The notes below the pieces were generated by a model, which saw only the letters and a program-made list of their open reading frames with translations, searched no databases and had not been told where the DNA came from. DNA of 64,000 bases, from the sequence record OR670491, one strand, 5' to 3'. The translations under genes were made by a program, and so were the position numbers. Positions 45,465 through 55,339 of this stretch are shown one piece after another. This DNA comes from Escherichia phage vB_EcoM_JNE01. Numbering within the stretch: position 1 is the first letter of the stretch; each line of letters starts with the position of its first letter.

Positions 45465-47267
45465 ATGCAACTAGATAAACTTTACACGGACGTGACTAAT
45501 TTCCTCAATCAGAACAATTCTGACCTAACCAACGAAAACGCGAATAAGGATGCTAAATGTGTCAATACCCATAGAGACTTGCTTGCAGGTATTCTTTCTA
45601 AACACTATTCACAAGATGTTATTGCACCCGACCTGATGCAATGGCATAATGATGGATATGGTCATATTCATGATTTGGACTACTATATTAGCCCGTTAAC
45701 TAACTGTTGCTTAGTAAATTACCCTGATATGCTCAAGAACGGTTTTACTATTGGCTGTGCCAAAATTGAAGAACCAAAGAGTTTCAGTGTAGCGTGTACA
45801 GTACTGACACAGATTGTTCAAGCTGTTGCTAGTTCCCAGTACGGTGGTCAATCACTGGCACATATTGATGTTGGTTTAGAACCATACGTCGAAAAGTCAT
45901 GGAATAAGCTATTAGCTAAACAAAAGAAATACAATCTAAGTACTGAATATATTGAAGAAGAATTACGTAAAGAAGTATATGATGGTTGTCAAACTCTCCT
46001 GTACCAGACTAACTCTATGATTAGTACCAATGGTCAGGCTGCATTCATTTCTTTAAGCTTAGGACTGAATACTTCCAAATTTGGCAAACTAATCACTGAA
46101 CAGTACTTAAAAGTACATGAAAATGGTTTAGGTGTTAATAAGATCACTCCGGTGTTCCCTAAAGTGATTTTCTTTTTACAAGATGGCATTAACATGAATC
46201 CAAAGGATATTAGCTACGATATGAAGCAATTGGCTATGCGTTGTGCTTCTAAGCGTATATACCCTGATTTCGTTAGTGTTCCACTAAATCACAAGGTTAC
46301 TGGGGCATCAAGTGCTGTTACTCCTATGGGATGCCGAAGCTTCTTAGGTAAATGGGAAGATGCTAATGGAAACGAACAGTACAATGGTCGCTTCAACTTA
46401 GGTGTAGTGTCTATCAACTTACCGCTAATTGCTCTTGAAAGCACTTCAGATGGTGATTTCTTTGATAAGATAGACGAGCACATGAATATTGCGTACAGAG
46501 CACAGATGAACCGTGTAGAGCGTTTAAAAGGTACTAAGGCTAAACAGAACCCTATCCTGTTCATGGAAGGTGCTCTTGCTCGTCTTGGTGCAGAAGAAAC
46601 TATTGACAAACTCTTCTACGATGGTTATGCTAGTATCAGTATTGGATATGTAGGATTAGTTGAATGTTCAGAGATTTTGACTGGTTCAATCAGTAAAGAG
46701 TTCTGCATGTCAGTACTGAATTATATGAAAGTGAAATGTGATGAATTCAAGAATGAGAGCAATATAGCCTTTAGTCTATATGGAACTCCTGCTGAATCAT
46801 TATGTTACAAGTTTGCTCGTTGTATCGAGGTAAAACACCCATCAGTACTTAAACGTGACTACATTACAAACTCATTCCATCAACCTGTATGGGTTGAGAG
46901 TACTCCATTCGAGAAGTGGGTTTATGAAGAAGGATTTGCATATTTGAGTGCAGGTGGTAACATTAGCTACGTCGAGTCACCAAATCTTTCAAACAACATA
47001 CAAGCACTAGAAACACTAATAAACTACGCATATACTAAGATTCCTTACTTTGGTATCAACCAACCAGTGGATCGTTGTTATGAGTGTAATTTTGAAGGTG
47101 AGTTCAGTGTTGATAAGCACGGGTTCCATTGTCCAGTTTGTGATAACAGAAATGAGAAAACCATCTCTGTAATTCGTCGTGTATCTGGATACTTAGGAAA
47201 TCCGTCTTCCCGTGGTTTTAACAAGGGTAAACAGCAAGAATGTTGTGAGAGAGTACAACACAAATAA
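45465..47267 (+). CDS. nrdD: anaerobic ribonucleoside-triphosphate reductase (class III RNR)
   Basis: C-terminal Zn site CYECNF...CPVCDN and glycyl-radical motif RRVSGYLG; ORF is continuous. Confidence 0.85.
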   Translation: MQLDKLYTDVTNFLNQNNSDLTNENANKDAKCVNTHRDLLAGILSKHYSQDVIAPDLMQWHNDGYGHIHDLDYYISPLTNCCLVNYPDMLKNGFTIGCAKIEEPKSFSVACTVLTQIVQAVASSQYGGQSLAHIDVGLEPYVEKSWNKLLAKQKKYNLSTEYIEEELRKEVYDGCQTLLYQTNSMISTNGQAAFISLSLGLNTSKFGKLITEQYLKVHENGLGVNKITPVFPKVIFFLQDGINMNPKDISYDMKQLAMRCASKRIYPDFVSVPLNHKVTGASSAVTPMGCRSFLGKWEDANGNEQYNGRFNLGVVSINLPLIALESTSDGDFFDKIDEHMNIAYRAQMNRVERLKGTKAKQNPILFMEGALARLGAEETIDKLFYDGYASISIGYVGLVECSEILTGSISKEFCMSVLNYMKVKCDEFKNESNIAFSLYGTPAESLCYKFARCIEVKHPSVLKRDYITNSFHQPVWVESTPFEKWVYEEGFAYLSAGGNISYVESPNLSNNIQALETLINYAYTKIPYFGINQPVDRCYECNFEGEFSVDKHGFHCPVCDNRNEKTISVIRRVSGYLGNPSSRGFNKGKQQECCERVQHK

Positions 47268-47274
47268 GGTACAT

Positions 47275-47604
47275 ATGTGCGATTTAAAACCAATAGTTGT
47301 TAACAAATACAAAGAACAGTATGATGTGTACATTGGTCGTGGGTCGAAATGGGGAAATCCATTCACCCACATTAAAGACAAGGAAACTAAAGCAGAATTC
47401 ATTGTTGCGACCCGCGAAGAGTCAATTGAGAAGTTCAGAGACTATATTCTGGAACGTATCGAAAAGGGTGAAGTTCAAATTGATGAACTCCTTGAACTCG
47501 CTGGGAAACGTCTTGGTTGCTTTTGTAAGCCCAAATCATGTCATGGTGATGTTCTTGTGGAAATAGTGAGTGCTATACTAGATGAACTATCAGACGATAA
47601 TTAA
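47275..47604 (+). CDS. DUF4326-like protein (YIGRGSKWGNPF motif)
   Basis: ATG 47275 after AAGG; motifs YIGRG..WGNPF and LGCFCKPKSCHGDVL; family assignment from memory. Confidence 0.45.
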   Translation: MCDLKPIVVNKYKEQYDVYIGRGSKWGNPFTHIKDKETKAEFIVATREESIEKFRDYILERIEKGEVQIDELLELAGKRLGCFCKPKSCHGDVLVEIVSAILDELSDDN

Positions 47605-48052
47605 AGACGATTTAGTTAACGGGGAGGGAGTACGATGCTCTCTCTTCGTGAGTGGTTGTAGCCACGGATGTGATGGGTGTTTCAATGAAGAAGCATGGGA
47701 TTACAGAAGTGGATCAAAATTCAGTACTGCTGAAGTTGAAGTTATTCTTAAAGAGTTAGATAAGCCATATGTTACCGGATTATCTTTACTTGGGGGAGAT
47801 CCTCTTATGCCAAAGAATATCAGTACTGTTATTGATTTATGTAAAACTGTAAAAGAATTACATCCTACCAAAACAATTTGGTGCTGGAGTGGCTATACTT
47901 TAGAAGAGATTAAACTAAATCATTCTAAGGATATTCTTCAGTACTTAGATGTTTTAGTAGATGGTAAGTTTATTGAATCCGAAAAGAATCTAAGATTACC
48001 TTTTAGGGGTTCTAATAACCAACGTATTCTTCACAAAGACAAAGATTTTTAA
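47582..48052 (+). CDS. nrdG: anaerobic RNR activating protein (radical SAM)
   Basis: GEGVRCSLFVSGCSHGCDGCFN (CxxxCxxC cluster). Confidence 0.8.
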   Translation: MNYQTIIKDDLVNGEGVRCSLFVSGCSHGCDGCFNEEAWDYRSGSKFSTAEVEVILKELDKPYVTGLSLLGGDPLMPKNISTVIDLCKTVKELHPTKTIWCWSGYTLEEIKLNHSKDILQYLDVLVDGKFIESEKNLRLPFRGSNNQRILHKDKDF

Positions 48053-48057
48053 AATGT

Positions 48058-48082
48058 GGCTTCCCTAGTGGAAGCCTTTTTG
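48058..48082 (+). terminator. rho-independent terminator
   Basis: GGCTTCC-CTAGT-GGAAGCC then TTTTT. Confidence 0.7.
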
Positions 48083-48156
48083 CGTTCAAAGGAACTGTAG
48101 GTACGCGAATATGTGCATAAATACATGAACAAATATCTATAATAAAAGGGATATAT

Positions 48157-50856
48157 ATGTCAAAGAAAATATATGGTGGCTTAGATGTCACACATAATGT
48201 TACAGTGAAAGGGAAACGTACTGTTCAAGGTATCAATGATCAAGTTTTTGATTCCAATGGTAACATGGAACTTGATACTTATACTAAAGAAGAAATTCTT
48301 GACGTAATTAGTATGATGCCTTTGTCACATTATGGTACACATAACTATCTACCTGCTGGTGTAAGTGGTGACTTCAACGGAGCATCAGAAAACACATCAC
48401 AGCGTAGAAACAAAATTCTATTAGAAGATGACGGAACATTAGTAATGTTGCGTGCTGGTACAAACGGTAGTGTGGAAGGTCTATTCTACTCTTACCTAGC
48501 GAACGCATTAACTATTGAAGATATGGGTCGTACCGTGAATACTGGTAAGCAGTATCAACCAGGGTTTTTGGGTTCCACAAAAGTTGCTTTCGGTTTATAT
48601 AACACTGATAGTAATATAATGATTGGTCAATATAAAGATACAACTAATAGCACTACTGGTTATTTTGTATCTATTACAAACAATACACTTGATGATACTC
48701 AGCACTCAGGATTTATCATTAATCAGTACACTGACCTTTCACCACAAGGTAACATTGAATATGCAATGATGGCAGAAGATGGTTCAATCTATGTGTTTAG
48801 TTTAGATGTTGCAGATAATAAAATGCACATGATTGTACAGCGTATTGTGTTTAATATTAGTGCTGGTACATACACTACATCACGTATATCTGGATGGACT
48901 ACAAAAACATTCTACAATACAACTATCAGTGCTAATACTAATATAGTATTAACCAACAGAACTTATTCAACTGATATTGTAGATAAACCATATGCTCTTG
49001 TACCAACTAACCTACGTGGTATTGGTATATACATGACTTCATATGATTTATATGTTGCACAACAGCCTGGTACTCAGAACTTCCGTTTCCGTTTAAATGG
49101 GGACTTATGGGCGACAATGGCAGACTATAATACACGTCCACAACATAGTTTTAGTTTCAATTTCAATATGAGTACTAAACAATGTACGTTAGATACTGGC
49201 AATGACATTGGTTCATTCCAAGCACCTATCGTTATTACAAATACTGGGACTCAATTAGTTGCTACTGGTAATGCTCTAAACAAAGATGATTTTTATAACC
49301 ACAGTGGTGCACGTAACATTTATAGTGGATATTACTATTCAGTAGAAGGTGTTGCTTTCTGTACAATATGTCCAAACCTAGCAGAACCATTACACATGGA
49401 AAAAGGTCATTACCCAGCACAATCTGTTTATAGCATGATAAATGTTAGAGCAGTGAGTTGTACAGATTTTCGTGATGGAAGAGTTGGTCCGACATTTGGT
49501 TCAGCAGTAGGGTCATATATCAACGGTGTTGAATTGTTACCTGATAACAGTACTAAACAGTTCTCTCGTGCTTCCGGTACAGGTTCTTACCAACCATCAT
49601 ATGCAGTGCATAAGAGTACTCCTAACTTTACGTTCAAATCACTTTCAATGGGGACTATTCAGGGTTATGAGCCAACAGCAGAACGTGCAAACGTAGCTGA
49701 TACGACCAACAACCGAGTATTCATTAGTTCAATTTCAGGAAGTACAGTTACAACTAATGGTGGTGTACTAATATGTGGTCAACGTTACTCACAGTCGTTA
49801 TCATATGATAAGTACATGAATGGTACTAACGTAATTAGTGTTACTCAATCAGTACTTGACAACTTCAGAACAGCAGAGTATGCTAAAGTTGCTAGTTCAT
49901 GGAACCTATCAAGTGCATCGGGTAAAGACATGTCGTTGTTTGTTCCACAGCAATCTGACATTCCAGCGTTTGTGTTTCTCAGTTCAGTGACGAACAATAA
50001 CCAGAACTATATTCGTGTTGCAGAAGTTAATGTTAATACAAGAGTAGGGAACATTACTAGTATTACATTTAAACGTTTAGTTTATGAAAACGTTCATGGT
50101 GATAACTTCGTTTCGAATACATCAGGTTCATTCTCTTCTTCATCTGTTGGTATGACAATTTATGATGGTGGTTCATTCTATTTCTTAGGTGGTTCTGATC
50201 CATTAACACATAATACTATCGGTAACACAAATACACATATGTTCCGTGCTTATGTTACTAAATCCACTGCAACTATTGATAGCTTCATTATTGCGGGTGG
50301 TCACGCCAGTTATGAACAAGGTGCTCAACCAGCAGCGTTGCCTGGATTGGGTTTTGGTATTTTTGCTGCAATTGACTATTCTAACAAAATGACATTCGTA
50401 CCTTTTGGAACAACTATTGCTGATTATAACGCATGGACACAGAAAGCGACTGCAATAAACTTAGTATCACAAGACGTTGCACAAGGTTTTATCGTGTACT
50501 TCACCGAAGAAACACCAGTAATACTATCAGGTAAATCATTTACTCTACCTATTTCGAATATTGATTTAACAACTGTAAAAGCTAATCCAGCCAATACGAC
50601 GTTTTATCTTTATATTAAAATGGAGCAAGGTAATGTTAAATACCACATAACTACTGAAGTTATTTCAGAAGCTGGTACTTCTGCATATAACGTATTTTGG
50701 ATTGGAACAATTAAAACTAACTCTCTTCAAATTGAAACAGTAAATGTTGAAAAACGTTCTCGTTTGGATATATTTGGTGCATCACTAGAAGCAGCAGGTT
50801 CTTCATTCCCAGTAAGTTATGGTTTACCATCACAAACAGGAACTATCAACTGGTAA
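48157..50856 (+). CDS. putative tail fibre/receptor-binding protein, paralog 1 (899 aa)
   Basis: Large Ser/Thr/Gly/Asn-rich protein; N- and C-terminal blocks shared with 50869 and 51473. Confidence 0.4.
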   Translation: MSKKIYGGLDVTHNVTVKGKRTVQGINDQVFDSNGNMELDTYTKEEILDVISMMPLSHYGTHNYLPAGVSGDFNGASENTSQRRNKILLEDDGTLVMLRAGTNGSVEGLFYSYLANALTIEDMGRTVNTGKQYQPGFLGSTKVAFGLYNTDSNIMIGQYKDTTNSTTGYFVSITNNTLDDTQHSGFIINQYTDLSPQGNIEYAMMAEDGSIYVFSLDVADNKMHMIVQRIVFNISAGTYTTSRISGWTTKTFYNTTISANTNIVLTNRTYSTDIVDKPYALVPTNLRGIGIYMTSYDLYVAQQPGTQNFRFRLNGDLWATMADYNTRPQHSFSFNFNMSTKQCTLDTGNDIGSFQAPIVITNTGTQLVATGNALNKDDFYNHSGARNIYSGYYYSVEGVAFCTICPNLAEPLHMEKGHYPAQSVYSMINVRAVSCTDFRDGRVGPTFGSAVGSYINGVELLPDNSTKQFSRASGTGSYQPSYAVHKSTPNFTFKSLSMGTIQGYEPTAERANVADTTNNRVFISSISGSTVTTNGGVLICGQRYSQSLSYDKYMNGTNVISVTQSVLDNFRTAEYAKVASSWNLSSASGKDMSLFVPQQSDIPAFVFLSSVTNNNQNYIRVAEVNVNTRVGNITSITFKRLVYENVHGDNFVSNTSGSFSSSSVGMTIYDGGSFYFLGGSDPLTHNTIGNTNTHMFRAYVTKSTATIDSFIIAGGHASYEQGAQPAALPGLGFGIFAAIDYSNKMTFVPFGTTIADYNAWTQKATAINLVSQDVAQGFIVYFTEETPVILSGKSFTLPISNIDLTTVKANPANTTFYLYIKMEQGNVKYHITTEVISEAGTSAYNVFWIGTIKTNSLQIETVNVEKRSRLDIFGASLEAAGSSFPVSYGLPSQTGTINW

Positions 50857-50868
50857 GGGATTACAATT

Positions 50869-51456
50869 ATGGCTTATATTATAAGATCAGATATTGAAGC
50901 AATGACAACAATTAAGTCCAGGGGATTAGACACTGGACTTTCATTAACAGACATTGATGACGTATCTTATTCAACTGATGTTAACGGGGAATGTACGTTC
51001 CCTGTATTAACCTCAGATGAAATCGACTACATTATGAATGGTTTACCACTGTCACAGTACGGTGAACTATATGATTCAACCAGTCTAGGTGTTACATTTT
51101 CTGGTTATGATTTGAAATTTGGACGAATTGTTCCGGCGTTTATTGGTGGACATTTATATGATTACCCAGTCAGTACTGTTAAAGCTAAAACAGTAACGTC
51201 AGGTACACACACACAATATGTGTATGCTACGTTAGTACTGGGTGTACCATTATATGAAATTTCAGCGACCGCCATTGCTGAAACACAAATTCAAATGTTC
51301 ATTGGTACAATAACAGTTGGTACAGCAGGAATAACAGCAGCAAACATAGAACGCGTTTCAAGGTTCAGTACATATAGACCTAGTACTACTCAGAAAGGTT
51401 CGTCCTTCCCAGTCAGTACAGGAAATCCGGCACAAACTGGTTCTATAGGCTGGTAA
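50869..51456 (+). CDS. short paralog of the tail-fibre-like family (195 aa)
   Basis: Contains only the shared N-terminal (LPLSQYGE) and C-terminal (RFSTYRPSTTQKGSSFPVSTGNPAQTGSIGW) blocks. Confidence 0.4.
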   Translation: MAYIIRSDIEAMTTIKSRGLDTGLSLTDIDDVSYSTDVNGECTFPVLTSDEIDYIMNGLPLSQYGELYDSTSLGVTFSGYDLKFGRIVPAFIGGHLYDYPVSTVKAKTVTSGTHTQYVYATLVLGVPLYEISATAIAETQIQMFIGTITVGTAGITAANIERVSRFSTYRPSTTQKGSSFPVSTGNPAQTGSIGW

Positions 51457-51472
51457 TTAAAGGGAAATTAAC

Positions 51473-54199
51473 ATGTCATCACAAAGAATTATTGGTAACG
51501 CCAGTATATTAGGCAACTTGGCAATTGCTGGAAAAAATGCAATGCGTACTTTTAATGGAGTCTCACCAGACTCCAATACTGGTATTGTCGATTACCCAAT
51601 ATACAAACGTTCAGAAGTACAGAAAATTCTTGATATGATGCCTATTTCGCGTATAGGGGAGATGGACTATCTCCCTTTGAACGTAAATGGTTCATATGAA
51701 GGTGCAACTTCAAACTCAGCTACATATCGTATTCAGCCAACTATCATTGAAGATGATGGTACTGGTGTAGTAATACGTGCAGGCACAAACGGAAGTAAAA
51801 ATGGTTACTATTACTCGTTTATACGAGATTTAAGAAACATTACTTCTTTTACTCAGGATATGGTTATATCAACTACAACTGAATATAAACCATCTATTCT
51901 AAGTACTGGTGAAAATATTATTCGTTTCATCGGCACAAATGGTTATGAACTTTTAGTTTCATATACCTCCGGCTCTAATTATGTTTTCACATTAACAAAC
52001 GGTACATTCAACGAAGTATCACATATTCATGCTAAGTTAGCTGAATCAAGATTCGGTACTGACAAACCATTATATGCTCATGTGGTTGGTTCGAATATTT
52101 TTGTTTGGTGCAAAGACACCACGGTAGCAAACGGTGGATTAGCATATACATTGTATACAGTTTCCAGAAGTAATATAGTTGATGGTACTATGACTTCTTT
52201 TGCTAAAGTGACTGGTTTTTCTGGTCAAACAGTAAGGAATACAAACTATAGTGCATCAAATAATATTAGAGTTTTTGACCGTTACTGGTCTACAACTACT
52301 GGTACTGATTCACTATATGATATTGTTAGTCCAGTGAACAGTGTTGAATATATTGATTATAATGATTATAATATCCAAGCAAATGCCAGTACTGACAACT
52401 CTAAAATACGAGTTACTTTATACATAACTCCACGTTTCAAGACTCCATTAGCAATTTCAACTGTTCAGCCAACTGGTATTAGTTTTGTTTATAATATTAG
52501 TTCAAAGGTTATGACATTAGATGGGTCAGCAAGAGCACCAGCAACAGCAGCATACACTAATAATAATTTTGTTGTTACCAACCCATTCTCAATTTCAATG
52601 AGTAACTTTACTGGTTCAACTAATAGTTCATCTTCATTAGGTGACTGCGGTTCAATCTGTCAAACATCAGATGGTCTTGTTTTTACATCAAAATCAAGAT
52701 GGATATCAGATGAAACCTATGGTTTACAACTATATAAAGTACAAGGTACTCCATACGATAGTTGGGTCGCTAGTACTCGTAAGTCCAGTGATTTAACTAA
52801 CGTAAATGTTAAACCAACATATGGTTCTGCTGTAGGGGAAAACTTACTTGGTGTTAGATTTATTGATAAAAGAAAAGTACTTCTTGCATGTTCCAGTACT
52901 AGCGATGGTGTTACTTATGGCTATGACAGTACTGTATCCTCTGATATAGGAGACTCTCCAGTATACACATATAATAGTGTTGTAACTGGGTCTACAATTG
53001 AAGGTTTTGCTCCTGAAGCTGGACGTGAATATCATGGAAATAGTTATGATTATACCGCTATGGTTTCTTTGATTGCGGCTGATGGAACAGTAAAAACATA
53101 TGGTTCTTCATTTATAGAAGGAATAGCCAAAGATGCAAATGGATTATTAGATCCAGATACAATGACATTCTCAGGAAAATACACAATGAGTAATACTGCT
53201 TTGATGAATCTCAAACAATCGATCATTGATAGTGCAGATATTACTGGGACCAGTACTTCTAGGATTTGTTTTTATTATGTACCTGATAATACATTCTCAA
53301 GATCTATGGCAGTTGTTTGTACATACAATCCAACTAACAACCAAGGTTATGCTATTTTTGCAGAAGTAAATGCTGTTCTAAGTGGTTCAGAAATTACAAG
53401 TGCATCAGTATATACAACCAGATATGAAGTACTTGGTAGTATATCAGGAATCCAAAGTAATGCTCTAATGAAGCGTTGTACTGGATTAACAGTTGCAAAA
53501 TACTCTGGATTCAATTATCTTGGTATTGATACTATCCATCAGTTCACAGTTCCTGGTGATGTTAGTCAGAAAATGATGATAGCTAAAGTTAAAAATGGTG
53601 ATATCAGTACTAACCGTTATTTTACAACCTATCATGTTAGCAACGGTTCAGCTTTCCAGAGTGGTGCTATCCCTGGTGGTGGATTCGGTTATTATAACTT
53701 CAGTAATTCCGACTTACAGACAAAAGCAGTTCTTTCAGTATTCGGGACAACAGAAGCCCAGATGGATGGTTTGATTGCTGGTACTGGTGCAGTACTGAAC
53801 AATTATGTTGTAGTTTCTCAAGATGTAGCTGCTGGTTTCAACGTGTACTTCACCCGTGAAGTTCCGGTGTTCCTTGCTGGTATGTTCGACCGTCTGGTAG
53901 TTCAGACACTTGACCTAACAACCATCAAGAGTAATCCAGCTAACAGTACTTTCTACATTTACATAGAAATGAACCGAAGTACTGGTAAGGCTTCTTATGT
54001 TGTGAGTACTATACTCCTTGATGAAACGTTGACACGAGCCTTCATAGGAACTATAATTACTGGTGCTACTAACATATCATCAATTGAAACAGAAAAAGTG
54101 ACAAGGTTCTTGACCTATCGCCCAAGTACAACAAAACGTGGTTCTGCAATCCCGTCTAGTACTGGCGTACCGTCAGGCACTGGTACACGTTGGAAATAA
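51473..54199 (+). CDS. putative tail fibre/receptor-binding protein, paralog 2 (908 aa)
   Basis: Shared termini with 48157; divergent centre. Confidence 0.4.
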   Translation: MSSQRIIGNASILGNLAIAGKNAMRTFNGVSPDSNTGIVDYPIYKRSEVQKILDMMPISRIGEMDYLPLNVNGSYEGATSNSATYRIQPTIIEDDGTGVVIRAGTNGSKNGYYYSFIRDLRNITSFTQDMVISTTTEYKPSILSTGENIIRFIGTNGYELLVSYTSGSNYVFTLTNGTFNEVSHIHAKLAESRFGTDKPLYAHVVGSNIFVWCKDTTVANGGLAYTLYTVSRSNIVDGTMTSFAKVTGFSGQTVRNTNYSASNNIRVFDRYWSTTTGTDSLYDIVSPVNSVEYIDYNDYNIQANASTDNSKIRVTLYITPRFKTPLAISTVQPTGISFVYNISSKVMTLDGSARAPATAAYTNNNFVVTNPFSISMSNFTGSTNSSSSLGDCGSICQTSDGLVFTSKSRWISDETYGLQLYKVQGTPYDSWVASTRKSSDLTNVNVKPTYGSAVGENLLGVRFIDKRKVLLACSSTSDGVTYGYDSTVSSDIGDSPVYTYNSVVTGSTIEGFAPEAGREYHGNSYDYTAMVSLIAADGTVKTYGSSFIEGIAKDANGLLDPDTMTFSGKYTMSNTALMNLKQSIIDSADITGTSTSRICFYYVPDNTFSRSMAVVCTYNPTNNQGYAIFAEVNAVLSGSEITSASVYTTRYEVLGSISGIQSNALMKRCTGLTVAKYSGFNYLGIDTIHQFTVPGDVSQKMMIAKVKNGDISTNRYFTTYHVSNGSAFQSGAIPGGGFGYYNFSNSDLQTKAVLSVFGTTEAQMDGLIAGTGAVLNNYVVVSQDVAAGFNVYFTREVPVFLAGMFDRLVVQTLDLTTIKSNPANSTFYIYIEMNRSTGKASYVVSTILLDETLTRAFIGTIITGATNISSIETEKVTRFLTYRPSTTKRGSAIPSSTGVPSGTGTRWK

Positions 54200-54205
54200 A
54201 TTTTA

Positions 54206-54234
54206 AGCTCGTCTATTGACGGGCTTTTCTTTTA
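54206..54234 (+). terminator. rho-independent terminator
   Basis: AGCTCGTC-TATT-GACGGGCT (one wobble) then T-tract. Confidence 0.55.
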
Positions 54235-54269
54235 TGTGTATACTGTATGAAAACTGGGAGGTATTTTGT

Positions 54270-54812
54270 ATGAAATTCTTTAAGAAGAAAGACGATTTAG
54301 ATTGGTGTGCGTATGTCCAAGAACGTAAGATTAATAAATGTATTTTTAAATTAATTACTAAAAGTATCTTACTCAAAGAAAGTATCAAAACGGATCAAGA
54401 CCGTAGAGATTTAATCAATTTAAAGTACAAAGTAAGTTCATTTTTCTTTTACAATCTAATGAAAGAAATTGCCACGAGTACAGATCCTGATCGTTGGGAT
54501 GTTGATGTTGACCGATATTACGGTGGGGACATTAGTTTCACTATTCGTGATAGAAAGAAGAATGTATCCATCAACGCGGATTATGATACTGCTGATAATG
54601 TTCAGTTTGATGATCCCAATTTACGAATTAAAGATGAAGAAGTCAGAGTGAGTATTCGCAAAGATTTTGTTAAAACACATTTAGAAAGTCCAGAGAAATT
54701 CATTATGATTTACTTTGTAATGGAGTACGTTAGTGTTACAGAAAATCTAAAGAATTTAAGAAGACTACAAAATGAGCACGAGCTAAAACTATCAGTCAGA
54801 GATTGGTACTAG
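54270..54812 (+). CDS. hypothetical protein, tandem paralog family C (1/3)
   Basis: MKFFKKKDDLDW...DQDRRDLINLKYKV; GGGAGG RBS. Confidence 0.5.
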   Translation: MKFFKKKDDLDWCAYVQERKINKCIFKLITKSILLKESIKTDQDRRDLINLKYKVSSFFFYNLMKEIATSTDPDRWDVDVDRYYGGDISFTIRDRKKNVSINADYDTADNVQFDDPNLRIKDEEVRVSIRKDFVKTHLESPEKFIMIYFVMEYVSVTENLKNLRRLQNEHELKLSVRDWY

Positions 54813-54820
54813 GAGAGAAC

Positions 54821-55339
54821 ATGTTTTTCAAAAAAGACAAAGTGGAAAAAGAAGAGAAGAATTTAAACTTTCTTAATGACATTATCCAAGTCCTTATGAA
54901 AAGTTATCAACTCAAAGATAAAGTACTGAATGATGACGACCGCCGATTGGTTATCGATATTAAGTACAAATTGAGTAAACATCCTTTACTAACTCTAATC
55001 ACAGAGATTGTTAAAGATCCACACGACAGCCGATGGAGATGGATTGAACAGTGTGCTTCCGTTTATTCCACTACTCGTTATGAATTACTTGACACAGTAA
55101 CTGACGTTCAAGTGGGTGTGCGATGCTTTGATATAAAAAACGCAACACGACACAAAAACATCCGAAGTTCTGTTGATTTTAATAGTGATGTATTAGTAGA
55201 AGACGAATCCATCTTTTTATTCTGTTTCTTGCACGGTTTGAATCAAATGTACACTACGATTTCAGTACTGAACCAGCAGCAGAAAAATCTACAAAAACGT
55301 AATGAAATTAAGGATTTATATCAATGTTCAAAATCTTAA
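54821..55339 (+). CDS. hypothetical protein, tandem paralog family C (2/3)
   Basis: MFFKKDKVEK...DDDRRLVIDIKYKL. Confidence 0.5.
   Translation: MFFKKDKVEKEEKNLNFLNDIIQVLMKSYQLKDKVLNDDDRRLVIDIKYKLSKHPLLTLITEIVKDPHDSRWRWIEQCASVYSTTRYELLDTVTDVQVGVRCFDIKNATRHKNIRSSVDFNSDVLVEDESIFLFCFLHGLNQMYTTISVLNQQQKNLQKRNEIKDLYQCSKS

Noticed and set aside
45465-47267. Group I intron in nrdD (as in T4)
   Set aside because: The nrdD reading frame is continuous over 600 codons including the glycyl-radical motif.
48117-48126. Late-promoter-like CATAAATAC upstream of the first tail-fibre-like gene (also 39951)
   Set aside because: Not an exact TATAAATA; retained only as a possibility, not annotated.
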